From: Eledone cirrhosa
Taxonomy: Eukaryota
Direction of reading: 5' to 3'
NCBI GenBank assembly: GCA_964016885.1
Contig: OZ024740.1
Span: forward strand, 191,518,001-191,582,000
DNA length: 64,000 nucleotides
Positions 11,312 through 25,279 of the stretch are shown one piece after another; position 1 is the first letter of the stretch; each line of letters begins with the position of its first letter. The notes under the pieces are model-generated. The model worked only from the letters and a program-made list of their open reading frames with translations. It searched no databases and had not been told where the DNA came from. The position numbers and the translations under genes are program-made.

Positions 11312-14300
11312 ATGACCTCACTCAGAATAGGCAGCATAAATACGCGTGGCTTGGGGTCGTCGTGGAAGCAGGGTCACCTGCTCAACGATGTCAGGTCACT
11401 AACCATAGATGTACTGGCGATCAGCAAGACCAGAACCTCCGAAGCACGGGGTTCGCACCGATCTTCGGCAGCTACGATGTGTACTTATCTCCCAGCCGTC
11501 TTGGATCGGAGGGAGGAATTGCTGTGATTTTTCGGAGAGGTTTGGATCTCGCCACGGGCCATCTTCCTGGACCCAGAGGGTAAGTTAGTGGTGCTGGACG
11601 TGACCAGCGGAGACGGGCAACCTTTCAGGCTAGTGGCCGTCTATGCCCCGACAGGAGCATGGCGGCCTGATTTCTTCCGGCGTCTGGAGACCTTTCTTGG
11701 AACGTCCCGCTCTTTAGTGTTAGTGGGCGACCGGAACGGGATCTTAGATGCACGCTGGGACTGTGTGGAATTAGAGGATAGGGGTGGAGGGTGCAAGAGC
11801 CTCACCAACCTGCTGAGGTGTTTTGAACTGTCTGACTGGTACGATTGGATTTCCCGAATGTGCCAATGTGGACTTGGACAAATTGCATAGGGTCATCCAG
11901 ATCATATCTAGATAGAGTATTTTGTAGGGAAATAGATAGGTCTAGCATAGGCTGTCCACAATTCACGATAGTCAGCTACACGGACCACGATTTCATGATC
12001 TGTGTGCTTGACTTAGATAGGCTTCATAGACAAGGACCCTGCTACTGGAAGCTAAACGCGTCCTTACCAGCGCGCAAGGCCTACAGAGACCGGATTAGCG
12101 AACTAGTTAAGCCGGCGTTGACGGAGGTCATCGTCAACAACAAGTGGTGGTTTGCTCTTAAAGGAGCGATTAGAATAGAATCCATTAGGTTTAGTAAGGC
12201 TTTAGCAATAGAGAAAAATAGAGCAGAGGGAGAAGTAGTCAGAAAATTAGACGAGGCGCTTAGCAAAGGCATTGCGACCGACGTGATTGCGTCGAAATTG
12301 GCCCTTGACATCTTCAATGCAAAGCACGAAGGCTGCGTTGTCAGAGCTAGGGTGCGTGCTCTCAGACACGAGGGGACGAAAGCCGTTCAATGGGCCCGAG
12401 TGGCAGAGGCGCGTCGTGGCAACAAAGCCACGATCCGGTCTTTGGTGGACCACGAGGGGCGCATGGTACTCGATCCCGGGCAAATGTGTGAAGCTTTTCA
12501 GCGACACGTCACTCAGCTGTTCGGGGGCAGAGGTGGGCTCGGTCGAGGGATGGACTTTAGTGTTTACCTCGACGGACTGCCGCGGCTCTCGGCCACTAAG
12601 GCGGGGTGTTGCGAAAAGCCGATAACAGCCGCTGAAGTAAGAGAGACAATGACTGGCTGCACAAGTGGTAAATCGCCTGGTTTGGATGGTCTGCCCTATG
12701 AACTTTACGCACAGATGCCAGACTTGCTCGGAGGCCTCTTGGCGGACGTCTACTGCAACTGGCAACAGTTGCGGGAGAATTCCCAGTTCTTTGATCCGAG
12801 GAGCAGTGGCACTGCTGAGAAAGGATCCGAACAAGGGGGATAACAGATTATTTCATGCCCATAACTCTGCTAAACACAGAGTTCAAGATTTTGGCCAAGG
12901 TGCTAACAAAAAGGTTGGCGCTTGTCGTTGGTGGTGTGATGGGAGAGGCACAGACATGCGCCATTCCCGACAGATCCATCCACGACATCCTCCACCTCAT
13001 GCGATACATCGTAGAGAGGGTAGCTAGGGAACCTGGCACGGGTGGGTCCTTAATCAATTTAGATTAGTCGAAAGCTTTCGATAGGGTCGACCATCGTTAC
13101 CTAGCGGCAGTGCTGAGGGCGGCTGGATTCGGGCCCGTCTTCAGAGGCTGGATCGCTGCCATGCACAGCGACATCTGCTCTGTGGTGAGAGTGAACGATC
13201 ACCTTTCGGAACCGTTCAACATCATGCGCACGGTCCGCCAAGGATGTCCCCTCTCGTCCCTCTTGTACATATTGACTCTCGAGCCATTACTGCACAAACT
13301 GGAGACGTTGAGGGGCGTCCCGCACAAACTAGGATGCGGAAGATCCGTGTCGGAATATGCGGATGATGTCACCGTAGTGGTGTCGAACGCCAAACACATC
13401 GAGGCGATCGGCACTACACTAAGAGAATACGAAGCGGTGACAGGAGCAATGATCAACCAGGAAAAGTCAGTGGGCCTGCAGCTCGGCACCTGGAGAGGCA
13501 GCTCCATGCCGTCCAACAGCGTCGTCGGACTCTGGACAGACGGAACGGTTAAATTGCTAGGAGTCTGGTTCGATCCGGATCTCCAGACGGACAAAAACTG
13601 GGACGAGGTGACGAGCAGGGTGGCATCTCTCACCCAGAAATGGGCGGAGAGGAAGCTATCCATGAAAGGTCGAGCGGAGGTGGCTAACGCGTGCCTAACT
13701 CGTTAGGTGGCTAATGGAGGTGGCTAACGCGTACATCGCGTCTGTCATCTGCTACCGCCTGACCGTCGTACCTTTTCCTAAGCCTCGCCTGACTGCGCTG
13801 GAGCGTTTGCTCTTTCGCTTTTTGTGGAAGGGACGCGCTCCGATGGTCAGGCGGTCCATCTGTTGTCAACACCCGCTACGTGGAGGGCTGGGCATGCCGT
13901 GGCTGATGATGCGCAGGCACGCGCTCAGGCTACGACATCTCCACCTCTTCCTCGACGGTTATCAGGTGTGGTCGCCGTTTGCTAGACACGTATTTCCCCA
14001 GGCCGTTTCCTTGACGGAGCTGCAGTCCTGGGTCAAGCGAAGACCGAGAGGGAGCGCCTGGAGACTGGAATGTCTTCAGGCGCTCACAGCCCTCGACCAA
14101 TCGGGCAATGTGATCGGTGGAAACTCCACCTCGGCGTTTTATAGATGATTAGTGGAGGGGAAGAGTGACGACGTACTTGGGGAGAATCTAGGCGTCGACG
14201 AAAATCAACTAGCCAATCTCTTCGGAAGATCTTTCGGGCCGGGGCCTATGGACAACTTCCAGAAATCTCTGTCCTGGCAGTGCTACCGAGGAGCCTTGCC

Positions 14301-14762
14301 AGTTCGGGATAAACTCTACAGGCATGGAGGTGCCGTCAGCAGGGCATGTCCGAGATGCGCGCATGGTGACGAAACCGTCCTGCACGCACTCGTCCAGTGT
14401 CCGAAAATTGCTGACTTGTGGGTTTATGTCGAACACCTGCTGTCGCATTTAGGACGGATCCGGCTATCATCTGAGTCCAACGTGGGGATGCCCCGCCCTC
14501 CTCATTTAGCCGGGAAGGGAAGGCAGTTTTTATCTGTCTGGTGGCCATGGCGAAAGAGATAGTATGGTGGACACGTTTGAAAGGGCTGAAGACGAGCACT
14601 TTCCTCTTCGGTGATGCTCTGATAGACTTTTTCAAATTTCATTTGAAAAGGAAAATCAGAGTAGAGAGGGAAGTGCTCTCTTCCCAGCATTTTGTTGAAA
14701 AATGGGTGAGAGAAGCTAGAATGGCCCGTGTGAATGGGCCTACTCTGAGCATTTATCTGTAA
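11312..14762 (+). pseudogene. Tx1 ORF2 (APE endonuclease, RT, Zn finger), disrupted
   Basis: MTSLRIGSINTRGL, LVAVYAP, SYLDRVF, YTDH, YWKLN, KSPGLDGLPYELY, PITLLNTEFKILAK, RQGCPLS, EYADDVT, CPRC..GDETVLHALVQC. Confidence 0.93.
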
Positions 14763-15010
14763 ATTAAAGGTGGAAAACTGGGAGAGGGCACTTGCCTTGG
14801 TGGTCAGGGTCATTGTGGCCTTTTACTGGGCTTTCTCCACAAATGTCCCTCCGAAGTCTCCCCCCTATTGGGGAATTTTTCATTGTTATTTTTTGTTACA
14901 TCCTCTGTTTTTGCTTTTTACACGCAGAAATGCCCATTTGTACCGTCCTGCATCGTCCTGCACTGTCCTTAATGTCTCCTTTATGTAAACCCTTGTGGTT
15001 AATAAATAAA

Positions 15011-15050
<40 letters not shown>

Positions 15051-15250
15051 GGCTGTCGATTGTCAGTATCGGTAGAGGGTCGGACGCCATGTTTTGACAC
15101 ATAGAATTCCGTCCCTTGCCATTCCGAGTTCAAATCCCGCCGAGGTTTACTTTGCCTTTCTTCCTTTCGGGACCGATAAAATAAAGCACCATTAATGCAC
15201 TAGGTAATTGCTGGCCTTGTACCAAAATTAGAAACAATTATCATTATTAT
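15051..15250 (+). mobile_element. tRNA-derived SINE (octopod-like family)
   Basis: A-box-like TGTCAGTATCGG, B box GAGTTCAAATCC, body TTTGCCTTTCTTCCTTTCGGGACCGATAAAATAAAG, tail GGCCTTGTACCAAAATTAGAAACAATTAT. At least 7 copies in the window. Confidence 0.88.
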
Positions 15251-15251
15251 T

Positions 15252-18200
15252 GGTCTGTTCGGAAGCTTTTTGCTCGCTCCCAGTAAGTCGCTTTATTTAC
15301 GTGTTATAATTATTTGTGGCCTAATTTTTCTTGGTGTGTGGACTTTGCCCTGTGAAGGGGAACGTATAATATTTGGGACTTTTCGCCCAAATATTTGAAC
15401 AATATTTGAAAATATTACTTTTGAAAAAATATATACATATATAAATAAAAACATGGCTGAGCCATGCCCCTCCCCCATCAATATGTCTGCTGTCGTGTGA
15501 TAATGGCGTAAAAGTTAAGAGAAGGGTTAATGAAATTCATACAACAGACACCACGACAAACTACGTGAACAAAGACAACACTGAGAACACTAATTTTGAA
15601 AATATTACGACACCAACTACAACAATAACAACGTCAACCAAAATACAGACTACAGAAAAAAATGACAACAAATGCAACACCGATATTGAACACCACTAAC
15701 AAGAAAATATACAACGACAACACCAACAGCAACAATACAAATTGCACCGAAAACAAAAACAACGGTGACACCAAAATCACAACCAACTACAACAGTTATA
15801 ACAGCAACAACATCATCAGCACCGTTTGTAGAAGTAGCAACAGCAACAACATCAAGAAAGAGACCAGTAGCAGCAGTAGCGGCAAAAATAATTGTGCCGC
15901 TGAACAAGGGACCACTTCTTTCGCAGGGGTTGCCCGAAATATAGGGTCAGTGCTAGTCACGGAGGAGGAGATGGCAGACGCAAGAGCCATGGTGTCGAGA
16001 AACGACAATAGAGTTTCCCTGAAACCTCCACCCGATTTCTTCAAAGATCTGCAGCTGCGCACGGTGACTTACCGCACCGTAAGTAAAATGACACATCGGG
16101 TGGAGAGGGCCACGGAGGCTCAGGCTCTAATCCAAAAGGCCTTGGGGTGCATCTGGGCACGCCAAACCCATATCACCCGAGGCAAAAAGTACGCCACAGT
16201 AGAGGTACTTTTCGCCAACCCCCAAGAGGCGAAGTCTCACACTTTGGAAACCCTAAGAGTGAGCAGATAGTATTGGTGCCCTTCTACTGCCGGCAGAAAA
16301 TTGTGAGGGCCAAAGTGACCCAGGTACAGCCCGACGTGCCCATACGTTGGCTGGCCGCGTCTGTACTGGCTAGAATCGAGAAGACCACCATACTGCAGAT
16401 ACAGAGAATTGAAATAGACAACTGGTTAGGAATAGGCATGCACATGCTAATAGAGACTGACCAGGAGTGCACCGAGGCCATCCCAGACATCATAGACCTA
16501 GAAAAAGGGCTCCGAATCCTATTAAGCTTAGAAGGATGGCGCCCAAAGTGCTATCTCTGTGGGCAGAAGCGTCACCTCAGAGCCTTCTGCCCGCAGAAGA
16601 TAGCCAAGAAGAGGGCCCCCCTCCTTCCGACGCCTGATCCGCTGCTACCTAGAGCAGGGCAGTCAACAGAGGTAGAATATCCTTCCATGGTGAGTAGGGG
16701 GGAAACGTCCGTGGCACCCGTACGGAAGCCACGGACAACTAAAGCAGCGGCAGCAGTGCCGGCAACACCAACAGTCGCAGTAGCTACACCGGCGGCAAAA
16801 TCGCTGGACCCGTCTCCACTACCACCACCAACAGCAGTTGAACTCAAGCCCCTCCCGGATGCACCGGGATCCGACATGGTGTGTGACGAGGGAAGGATGT
16901 GGAAAACGGTCTGCCACAATGAAACAAAAAAGAAAATACCTTTTAGCTTAACCCTCCAAAAGCATAGGCATACAAATAGTGGTAAAGGCTGCAACGATTA
17001 TTGCAGCAACACCACCACCATTACCATCACCACTACAAGCATCACCACCAACAACAACCACACCACCAACAGCATCACCAAAACACCAACGTCGCTAACA
17101 CAACAAAACACACACCTAACAGCAACAACAAGAAAACTGCAACAAAATCGCCCATCCCCACGAAAAGTATACAACCATAAACATGGCAAATAATAACTCT
17201 TACAACATATAAAGCAGCACACATACCTCACAGAAAAAAAACTACTACACCCCACCAACACCAAGGTCGCTACCGACAAAATTGAAAATCAATGAAATCA
17301 AAATAGAACGTTACAAACTTTTGAAACAAAAATTCCCCTACGCAGTTGGAGACTTCAGAGGGTCGGTTACCAAGAGTATATACACCGACATCCTCTTGGA
17401 AACACCCATGACCAGCCAAAGGGACGGTTCTACTGTCCCTTCACCACACGATCAAGGTAAGTGATCCTTACTCACTCACCCCGTTTGTCATCCAGCATGG
17501 CCGTACTTAGAATAGGCAGTATAAAAGTACGTGGCCTGGGGTCATCTTGAAAGCAATGTCACCTGCTCAACGACCTCAGGTCATTGAACATAGATGTGGT
17601 GGCCATCAGCGAGACCAGAATATCTGAGGCACGAGCCTTCACACAGATCTTCGGCGGCTACGATGTATAAGCATCTCCCAGCCGTCCAGAATCGGGAGGA
17701 GGATTTGTCGTGCTTTTTCAGAGAGGCTTGGATCTCTCCATACGGGCCATCTTCCTGGACCCAGAAGGTAAGTCGGTGATGCTGGACGTGACTGGCAGTG
17801 AAAGCAACGCTAGTTACAGTATACGCCCCAACGGGGGTAGGACGGCCAGATTTGTTCAGATATCTAGAGAGCTTTCTTGGAACGTCCAGCTCTTTAGTGT
17901 CAGTGGGTGACTGGAACGGTATAATAGATGCACGCTGTGATTATGTGGGGCTAGGAGACAGGGGAGGAGGTTGTAAAAGCCTCAACAACCTGCTCAGACG
18001 TTTTGTACTGCCTGACAGGTATAGACTGGATTATCCGAATGTGCCAATGTGGACATGGGCAAACCGCATCGGGACATCCAGATGCGATTTAGAAAGGGCA
18101 TTCTGTAGAGAAACAGATAAGGCTAGTGTAGGTTGACCACAATTTAAAGTAGTCGACTAAACTCACCACAAATTTGTGATCTGTGAAGTTGACTTAGATA

Positions 18201-21135
18201 GAATCCATAGGCAAGGACTTGGATACTAGAAGCTGAACGCGTCGTTCCCAGTGCGCAGAGCTTACAGAGACCGTACTAGCGAATTAGTTAAACGTGCATT
18301 GACGGGTGCGATCGTCAACAACAGGTGGTGGTTTACCCCGAAAAGGGCTATTAGAGTAAAATCGATAAGGTTTAGCAAAAGGAGTAGTGAAAGAGGAGAA
18401 TAGAGTAGAGGGAGGGTTAGTTAGAAAGCTAGAAGAGGTTTATAGGAGAGGTATCGCAACTGACGTGCTTGCTGCGATTGGCACTCGACCAATTCTTCAA
18501 CTCAAAGCATGAAGTCTGCGCGGTCAGATCTAGAGTACGTGTTCTAAGACACGAGGCCGTTTAGACACTTCAATGGGCCCGGGTGGTGGAGGCGCGACGT
18601 GGCAAATAGTCCATAAATCGGTCTTTTTCTGATCAAAACGCGTGCATATTGATCTAAACCGAGCAGATGTGTGCGGCTTTTCAGGAGCACTGTGCTCAAT
18701 TGTTCGGGAGTGGAGGCGGGCCGGATTGGAATGTGGACTTCGGTGCATACCTCGACGGACAGCCTACCACGACCGCAGGCAGTGCTGCGAAAAGCCGATA
18801 ACAGCAGGTGACATACGGGAAGCGATGTCTGACTGCACGAGGAGTAAATCGCCAGGTTTGGATGGTCTGCCCCGCGAGCTTTATGCGTATATGCCAAACT
18901 TGTTCGGCGACCTCTTTGCAGATGTCTACTGCAACTGGCAACAGAACGGCAGCATTCCCAGTTTTGTGAGCCGGGGTGCGGTGGCACTGCTGAGAACAGA
19001 CCCGAAACATGGGGACGTTATAGACAACTTCAGGTCCATAACTCTGTTAAACGCTGAGTTTAAGATTTTGGCGTCGGCTTTAGCAAAGAGATTGGCGCAT
19101 GTCGTTGGTGATCTGGTGGGAGAGGAGCAGACATGCGCCATTCCGGGCAGATCCATCCATGACAAACTCCATCTCATGCGATACATCATGGAGAGTGTGG
19201 TTAAGAAACTTGGCACATGTGGGGCCCTGATCAACTTGGATCAAACTAAAGCATTTGATAGGGTCGACCATATGTAGTTGGTTCTTATCCTCGGGGCGGC
19301 TGGCTTCAGGTCAGTCTTTAGGGGATGGATCGCTGCGATGCACAGCAACATCTGCTCGACTGTAAGGGTGAATGGTCAACTGTCACAGCCGTTCAGCATC
19401 ATGCGCTCGGTGCGTCAGGGTTGTCCCCTTTCGTCGGTCTTGTACTTATTGGCCCTCGAGCCGTAACTGCAGAAATTACATGCGAACTGGGATGCGGGAG
19501 ATCCGTGTCATCTTACGCCTAAGACGTCACCGTGTTGGTGTCGAGCATCAAACACGTCCAGATGCTCGGCACTACTCCAACGGAATACGAAGCTGTGACA
19601 GGTGTAAATATATAACAGGAAAGGTATGTGGGCTTGCAACTCGGCACCTGGAGAGGAATCCTCCTTGCTGTCCGACAGCGTCGTGGGGCGATAGACAGAA
19701 GGACCGGTTACATTGCTCGGGGTCTGGTTCAGTCCGTACCTCGAGATGGAGAAAAACAGGAACGAGGTGACGAGCAGGGTGGCCTCTCTCACCCAGAAAT
19801 GGGCTGAGGGGAGGCTGTTCCTGAAAGGTCGGGTGGGGGTGGCGAATGCGTACATCGCGTCCGACATCTGCTACCGTCTGACAATCGTACCTTGCCTCCA
19901 CCCAACTCTGACCAAAACGGAGCGCCTTCTCTTCCGACTTTTTTGAAAATGACGAGCTCCCATGGTCAGACTATCGAACTGATGTTAAACCACATTGCCT
20001 GCAGGACTAGGTATGCCGTGGCTGATAATGCGCAAACATGCGCTGTGGCTGCGACATCTATGTTGCTTCCTTGACGGTGTGGTCACCGTTTGCCAGAGTT
20101 GCTTCTCCCCAGCTCGACTCATTGACAGAGCTGCAGTCCTGGATCAGGAAAAGACCGAGGGATTGCACTTGGAAGCTGGAATATCTTCAAGCGCTCACCG
20201 CCATTACCGGTTGCAGACTGTTATCGTTGGAACATCGACCTCGGCGTTCCATAGAGGGCTAGTGGATGGGAAGTGTGATGACGTTCTTGGGGAGACCCCG
20301 GGCGTAGAAACCGATCAGCTGTTCGGTCGCTTCAAGAGAACTTTCAGACAGGGGCCTATGGACAACCTCCAGAAATCGCTGGCCTGGTAGTGCTACGGAG
20401 GAGCGTTGCCGGTACGGGATAAGCTCTACAGGCACGGAGGTGCTGTCAGCCGAGCCTGTCCGAGATGCGCGCCGGGCGAAGAAACCGTACTGCACGCACT
20501 CGTTCAGTGCCCGAGGATTGCTGACTTGTGGTGCTATATCGAACAGCTGCTGTCACGTGTAGGATGGATCCGGTTATCGACTGAGTGCATTGTGCAGATA
20601 GGAGGAAGGGCAGGCATTTTTTTTTATCTGCCTGGTGACCATGGCGAAAGAGATTGTGTGGTGGACAAGGTTGAAAGGGTTGAAGACGGAGACTTTCCTC
20701 TCCGGCCAATCTCGGATTAACTTTTCCAAGTTTCACTTGAAGAGAAAAATCGGTGTGAAGAGGCAAGTGCTGTCTTCTAGTAAGTTTGTTGAAAGGTGGT
20801 TGAAAGTGGAGAGTCTGATCAGATTGAACGGGCCAGCCCTGAGTATGCGCCTGTAGACTGAGGAGTGGGAACACTGAGGGAGGGTGCTTACCCTGGTAGT
20901 CAGGGTTACCGTGGTCTTTTTTTGTGGTTTTCACCACGAGTACCCTCGGAGGTTTCCCCCTCTTTGGGAAAATTTTGTTGTTTGAATTTTTTTGATTTCT
21001 AGCCCGATTTAGTTATAACCAGTTTACACGACCAAACACCTACTTTGTTTAGACCTATACTGTTCTGTGCCGTTTCTAATATTTGTCTTCATGTTAGCAC
21101 TTATGGCCAACAAGGAAACCATTATTATTATTATT
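15252..21135 (+). mobile_element. Full-length decayed L1-clade (Tx1-type) retrotransposon, copy 2 (diverged subfamily)
   Basis: ORF1 with an intact knuckle KCYLCGQKRHLRAFC. ORF2 from ATG 17497 with VYAP, KSPGLDGLP, SITLLNAEFKIL, KAFDRVDH, RQGCPLS, CPRC...HALVQC. (ATT)n tail at 21121-21135. Confidence 0.93.
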
Positions 21136-21407
21136 TAGTTGCCACTAAATCAAAGAAAAAATGAGCATTCAAATCCCAAACCTAAGCATTGGTGATATTA
21201 CATCAAACGAAAAATATAAAATGTACGCACATATGAACAGCAGCATTATTACCCGTATAATATTAATACAGATTTGCGAAAGAAATACTGGAATGATGAC
21301 CAGAATATATGGCAATAAATATATAATGTGAAACGATGAGATGTCCTTCTGTACTTCACGTTGCAATTGTGTTAATAATAATCAGATTCAACTCATTAGA
21401 GAGAGGG

Positions 21408-21534
<127 letters not shown>

Positions 21535-21585
21535 AATCAGGAAAGAAGGTTTACATGGTTTGCTATACAAAAAAGTTTTTAATCA

Positions 21586-21698
21586 CATAGCTTACATTTG
21601 TTTCACTGAACTGGTCTGTCTAGAGATCGCTATCCGCCTAATTTTGCGTCACTCGATCGCCAATACAGAATTATAACCAGTCAGATCTTCGGAGCATG
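21586..21698 (-). ncRNA. Type I hammerhead-like ribozyme (long stem II, CCGAAGA core)
   Basis: Minus strand: catgct-CCGAAGA-t-ctgactggt...accagttcag-t-GAAA-caaatG-TA^agctatg. Stems I and II pair; stem III is minimal. Confidence 0.7.
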
Positions 21699-22052
21699 CG
21701 AGAATGAAGAAAATACACAGGCACGAAAAGAAAAGAAAATATGGAGTAGTTATGGCATTCAATTAGAACAATAACAACAAAAATTATTACAACAATGCTA
21801 TCAATAAACTATTTAAGGAGACCCTGACATTACTTAGGTGGGGGGTATATAATGTATCTAATGTTACGGCGTGAAAATCAGCTGTCATAAGGCAAAAAGT
21901 ATCGTAGTGTGTATCAATTTTAAATTATAAAGATAAGCTAGTTTTTAGTCTTTCTCTTCATCTTCAACAGTATACATGAGTGGGACCACTGTCAAAGCTC
22001 AATAGTTGTAGAGTTAATACAGAGGTTAACGAATTAATATACGCATATATCT

Positions 22053-22095
<43 letters not shown>

Positions 22096-22455
22096 AATAT
22101 ATATACACATATATGTGTACATAGACACATACATACACATCAATATACACTCGTACAAAAATATACATACATGCAAAGAGAAAAGCGTGCTAATTGTAGT
22201 TATGGCAAAAAGAAGGTAAAGTAACATTGTAGTAGTGAATTGAGAAAAACTAGGATCTAGGATCAAATGATTGCAGCAGCTGAGAAGGAGTAAGATTGTT
22301 GGTAGATGAGGTATTTACAGACAATTGTGTGGTATAGACTTGTGAAGGAAATAGTATACTTAATGAATATATTTCTGTGGGTAGTAGGTATCCTAATTTA
22401 AAGCTATGTTATGTTGGTTCGATTCACGGAGGTTTGAATCTTATGAATTTAGTGG

Positions 22456-22850
22456 CTATTCTATGTCTGCAGAAGATAGATCTTCTAACTTATTATTAAG
22501 TAGCCTTTTCACATTTCTAAGGATATACAATAGCTCAAGATCACACAGCCCGCAATAGGACATCCCTGTACTATAGGTTTTAGCAGCCGACAACTTCGAC
22601 CAGTTGATAGTGTAGCTAGCGTTGCTGTCCTTCAATTCCCATATTTTTCTGGCGAGGGTGGTGGAACCCATAAGTGCTCGATTTTTCATTGAGTGCCTGT
22701 GCACATACCATCTTTTCTTAAAAGAACCCGCGGTGGATCCTATGTAATTCCAGGTGGAGTTACCCGAGATGACCGTGCACATGTACACCAGCTAGAATCG
22801 AGACAATGGGCACCTATCTGGGAGGTGACAGTTGCAGTTTGAGGCGCTAT
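22456..22850 (-). pseudogene. GIY-YIG endonuclease domain of the Penelope-like element
   Basis: CNC....CPL linker (~22810-22840), VYMCTV...NYIGST..SFKKRW..H, T.L...IW.LK, CGLCDLE...I, LLN. An in-frame stop precedes VYM. Confidence 0.88.
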
Positions 22851-22996
22851 TTTGTGCAGCTTTTACATTCCTATTTAGTACCCTGTTATAAGTGGGTTGT
22901 GATATATGCCCCATGGGGTTTTGCTGCTGCGCGTTTGTATGCGCTTGTGGTTGTGATGTTGTGCTGAGTTTGTGCCTATGTATAGGTGCAATTGAT

Positions 22997-24796
22997 TTAC
23001 GCTGAGATATTTCTGTGGTTGATCTTGCGTATGTGTGATTCTATGTTAGCTGCTGTTGAGAATGAGAGTTTTATAGTAGATCTATTGAGTATTTTGTGAT
23101 ATCTATCCGAGATAGGGAAGTGTTTATCTATTAGTTTAAAGAATGTAGAGGGCAGTCTAGTTTTTATAGAGGAGTTGAATATTGGGTTGAACCATAGGTA
23201 TTTTCTTTGTCTGTTTCTTCTATTGTTTCTTGAGTTTACGTTATTAGTGTTTTGGCCGTTTACTCTAGGTGTTACATGTCTAACCCTATGTCTAGTCAAG
23301 CTATTCCTATTATTATGCGAGCGGTTGGAGTAGAAATTACTAGGATTGTTTATGTTGTCTTTATTCACTATATACTGTAGTTTATCTTTATGACCGGCCC
23401 TACTTAATGCTGCATTATAATAGTCAGCATGCTCGTTAAAAATTTCTAGGTTTGAGGATAGGCGGGATATTCGGAGGGATATACTACGTGCTATGGATTT
23501 AATTATGGATTTGGGGTGATTTGAGTTGTAACTAATGTAGGCAAGATTTTCATTATTTTTGTGGAAAGGTTCTATTAATCCAGTATTTAGATTTAGAGTT
23601 ACATCTAGAAAATTTACCTTCTTATGGTTTAGTTCGTAGGTAATACTTAGGCCTAGTTTTTTGAAGAATATTCTAATATTTTTCCTTAGTCTTTCCATGC
23701 TCTGGTTGTTTAGGTTCCTAGCTATAAGTAACGTGTCGTCCCTATAAATTCCTCCTTGGAGGTTACTGAATTCCTTATGTAGGTTGTGTGCTATGAATAG
23801 CCCCACGATATCTGTAATTTGCGCAGTACCATTTGATCCCATTGTAATATCGAAGCTATTTATTCTATCCTTTCTTACCCAGTAGTTATTTTCAAATTTT
23901 ACGTTAGTCCTTCTAGCTGCTATTATTATTTCAATTTCATCATGGGTAAGATTAGAGTTATTTTGGGCAAATTTAAGCGCCTTATCTAGGGTAGCTGGGG
24001 ATATGGATGCATAATAGTCGTCTATATCAAATTGTATGAAGTTACACGTCTCCCTATTTTGTATTTTATTGAACCATTTAATTGCCTCGTTAGTGTTGCC
24101 CCATAAATTGATTTCTAGTTTACCCTTTATTTGTGCGATTACCCTATCTAGAATGTTTTTGCTAATTTTACCTATGTCTGACTTGGATGGGCATATTAAT
24201 CTAATGGTGGGATTAGTTTCAAAGTTATTTTTGTGATCTTTCAGGTTAAATGTAGGGTTGCACGGGGTAAGCGGTTCGGTCCTATCTGAAATTCCGAGTT
24301 TATTAACTATCTTGAGGCCCTCCATGTTTATGCTGGTGAGTGTAGATTCATTAGTTGTTTTATATTTTTTATGTAGTTCACGCTGAATAAAGTTATTGTA
24401 TGTGTTAATGTCCATAGAGTATAGGTTTGATGTTTTGTCTGCTTTTACTATGATACCGTTAGTGTCTTTTAGTTTTTTAAGTAATGTATTTAAGACATTT
24501 TGCAATTTGTTGTGATTTGTTCTTTTTTTAAATCTAGTTTCACTTATCATGTTCATAAGGTCCAGCTCGAAGGCATCGAGTGCGGGGTTGTTTGGCGAGT
24601 TTTTGCAGGATTTAAACCCGTAATTCTCCTTGGAAAATTCCCTTCTGTTGGTAGTCGGTCCCTTATCGAAATGGTAAGCTTTCCAACGGACCCTGCGGAT
24701 GAAATCATTAGTCCGTCGTATCATGCCCAGTGTATAGTCCTTTTTTGTAGGTACAGGTATGTTTTTTAGTGACATACCTATACAGTGCTTCTCCAT
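22997..24796 (-). CDS. Penelope-like reverse transcriptase (open for 599 aa, separated from the EN by a disruption)
   Basis: [25 protein letters not shown]...[57 protein letters not shown]. Confidence 0.9.
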   Translation of the reverse strand: MEKHCIGMSLKNIPVPTKKDYTLGMIRRTNDFIRRVRWKAYHFDKGPTTNRREFSKENYGFKSCKNSPNNPALDAFELDLMNMISETRFKKRTNHNKLQNVLNTLLKKLKDTNGIIVKADKTSNLYSMDINTYNNFIQRELHKKYKTTNESTLTSINMEGLKIVNKLGISDRTEPLTPCNPTFNLKDHKNNFETNPTIRLICPSKSDIGKISKNILDRVIAQIKGKLEINLWGNTNEAIKWFNKIQNRETCNFIQFDIDDYYASISPATLDKALKFAQNNSNLTHDEIEIIIAARRTNVKFENNYWVRKDRINSFDITMGSNGTAQITDIVGLFIAHNLHKEFSNLQGGIYRDDTLLIARNLNNQSMERLRKNIRIFFKKLGLSITYELNHKKVNFLDVTLNLNTGLIEPFHKNNENLAYISYNSNHPKSIIKSIARSISLRISRLSSNLEIFNEHADYYNAALSRAGHKDKLQYIVNKDNINNPSNFYSNRSHNNRNSLTRHRVRHVTPRVNGQNTNNVNSRNNRRNRQRKYLWFNPIFNSSIKTRLPSTFFKLIDKHFPISDRYHKILNRSTIKLSFSTAANIESHIRKINHRNISA

Positions 24797-24842
24797 GTTG
24801 TTGCCGTGCGTTAATGGTGTTGCTCGACCAGGTGGGAGCTAA

Positions 24843-25279
<437 letters not shown>

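Larger units (their letters stand above)
8980..15050 (+). mobile_element. Full-length decayed L1-clade (Tx1-type) retrotransposon, copy 1
   Basis: 5'UTR, ORF1 from 9197, ORF2 from 11312, 3'UTR ending AATAAATAAATC(ATT)n. (ATT)n on both sides. Confidence 0.93.
21535..24842 (-). mobile_element. Penelope-like retroelement (EN+, C-terminal GIY-YIG; resembles Nematis type)
   Basis: 599-aa RT ORF plus a GIY-YIG ORF, bounded by (TA)n on both sides, with a hammerhead-like fold near the 3' end. The 3' boundary is inferred. Confidence 0.88.

Noticed and set aside
15051-15140. tRNA genes suggested by A/B boxes
   Set aside because: No cloverleaf; the boxes continue into a repeated SINE body.
295-20937. 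Antisense ORFs overlapping Dong and Tx1 coding regions
   Set aside because: Shadow frames of retrotransposon ORFs or (CAA)-rich low complexity; no independent domain signal.
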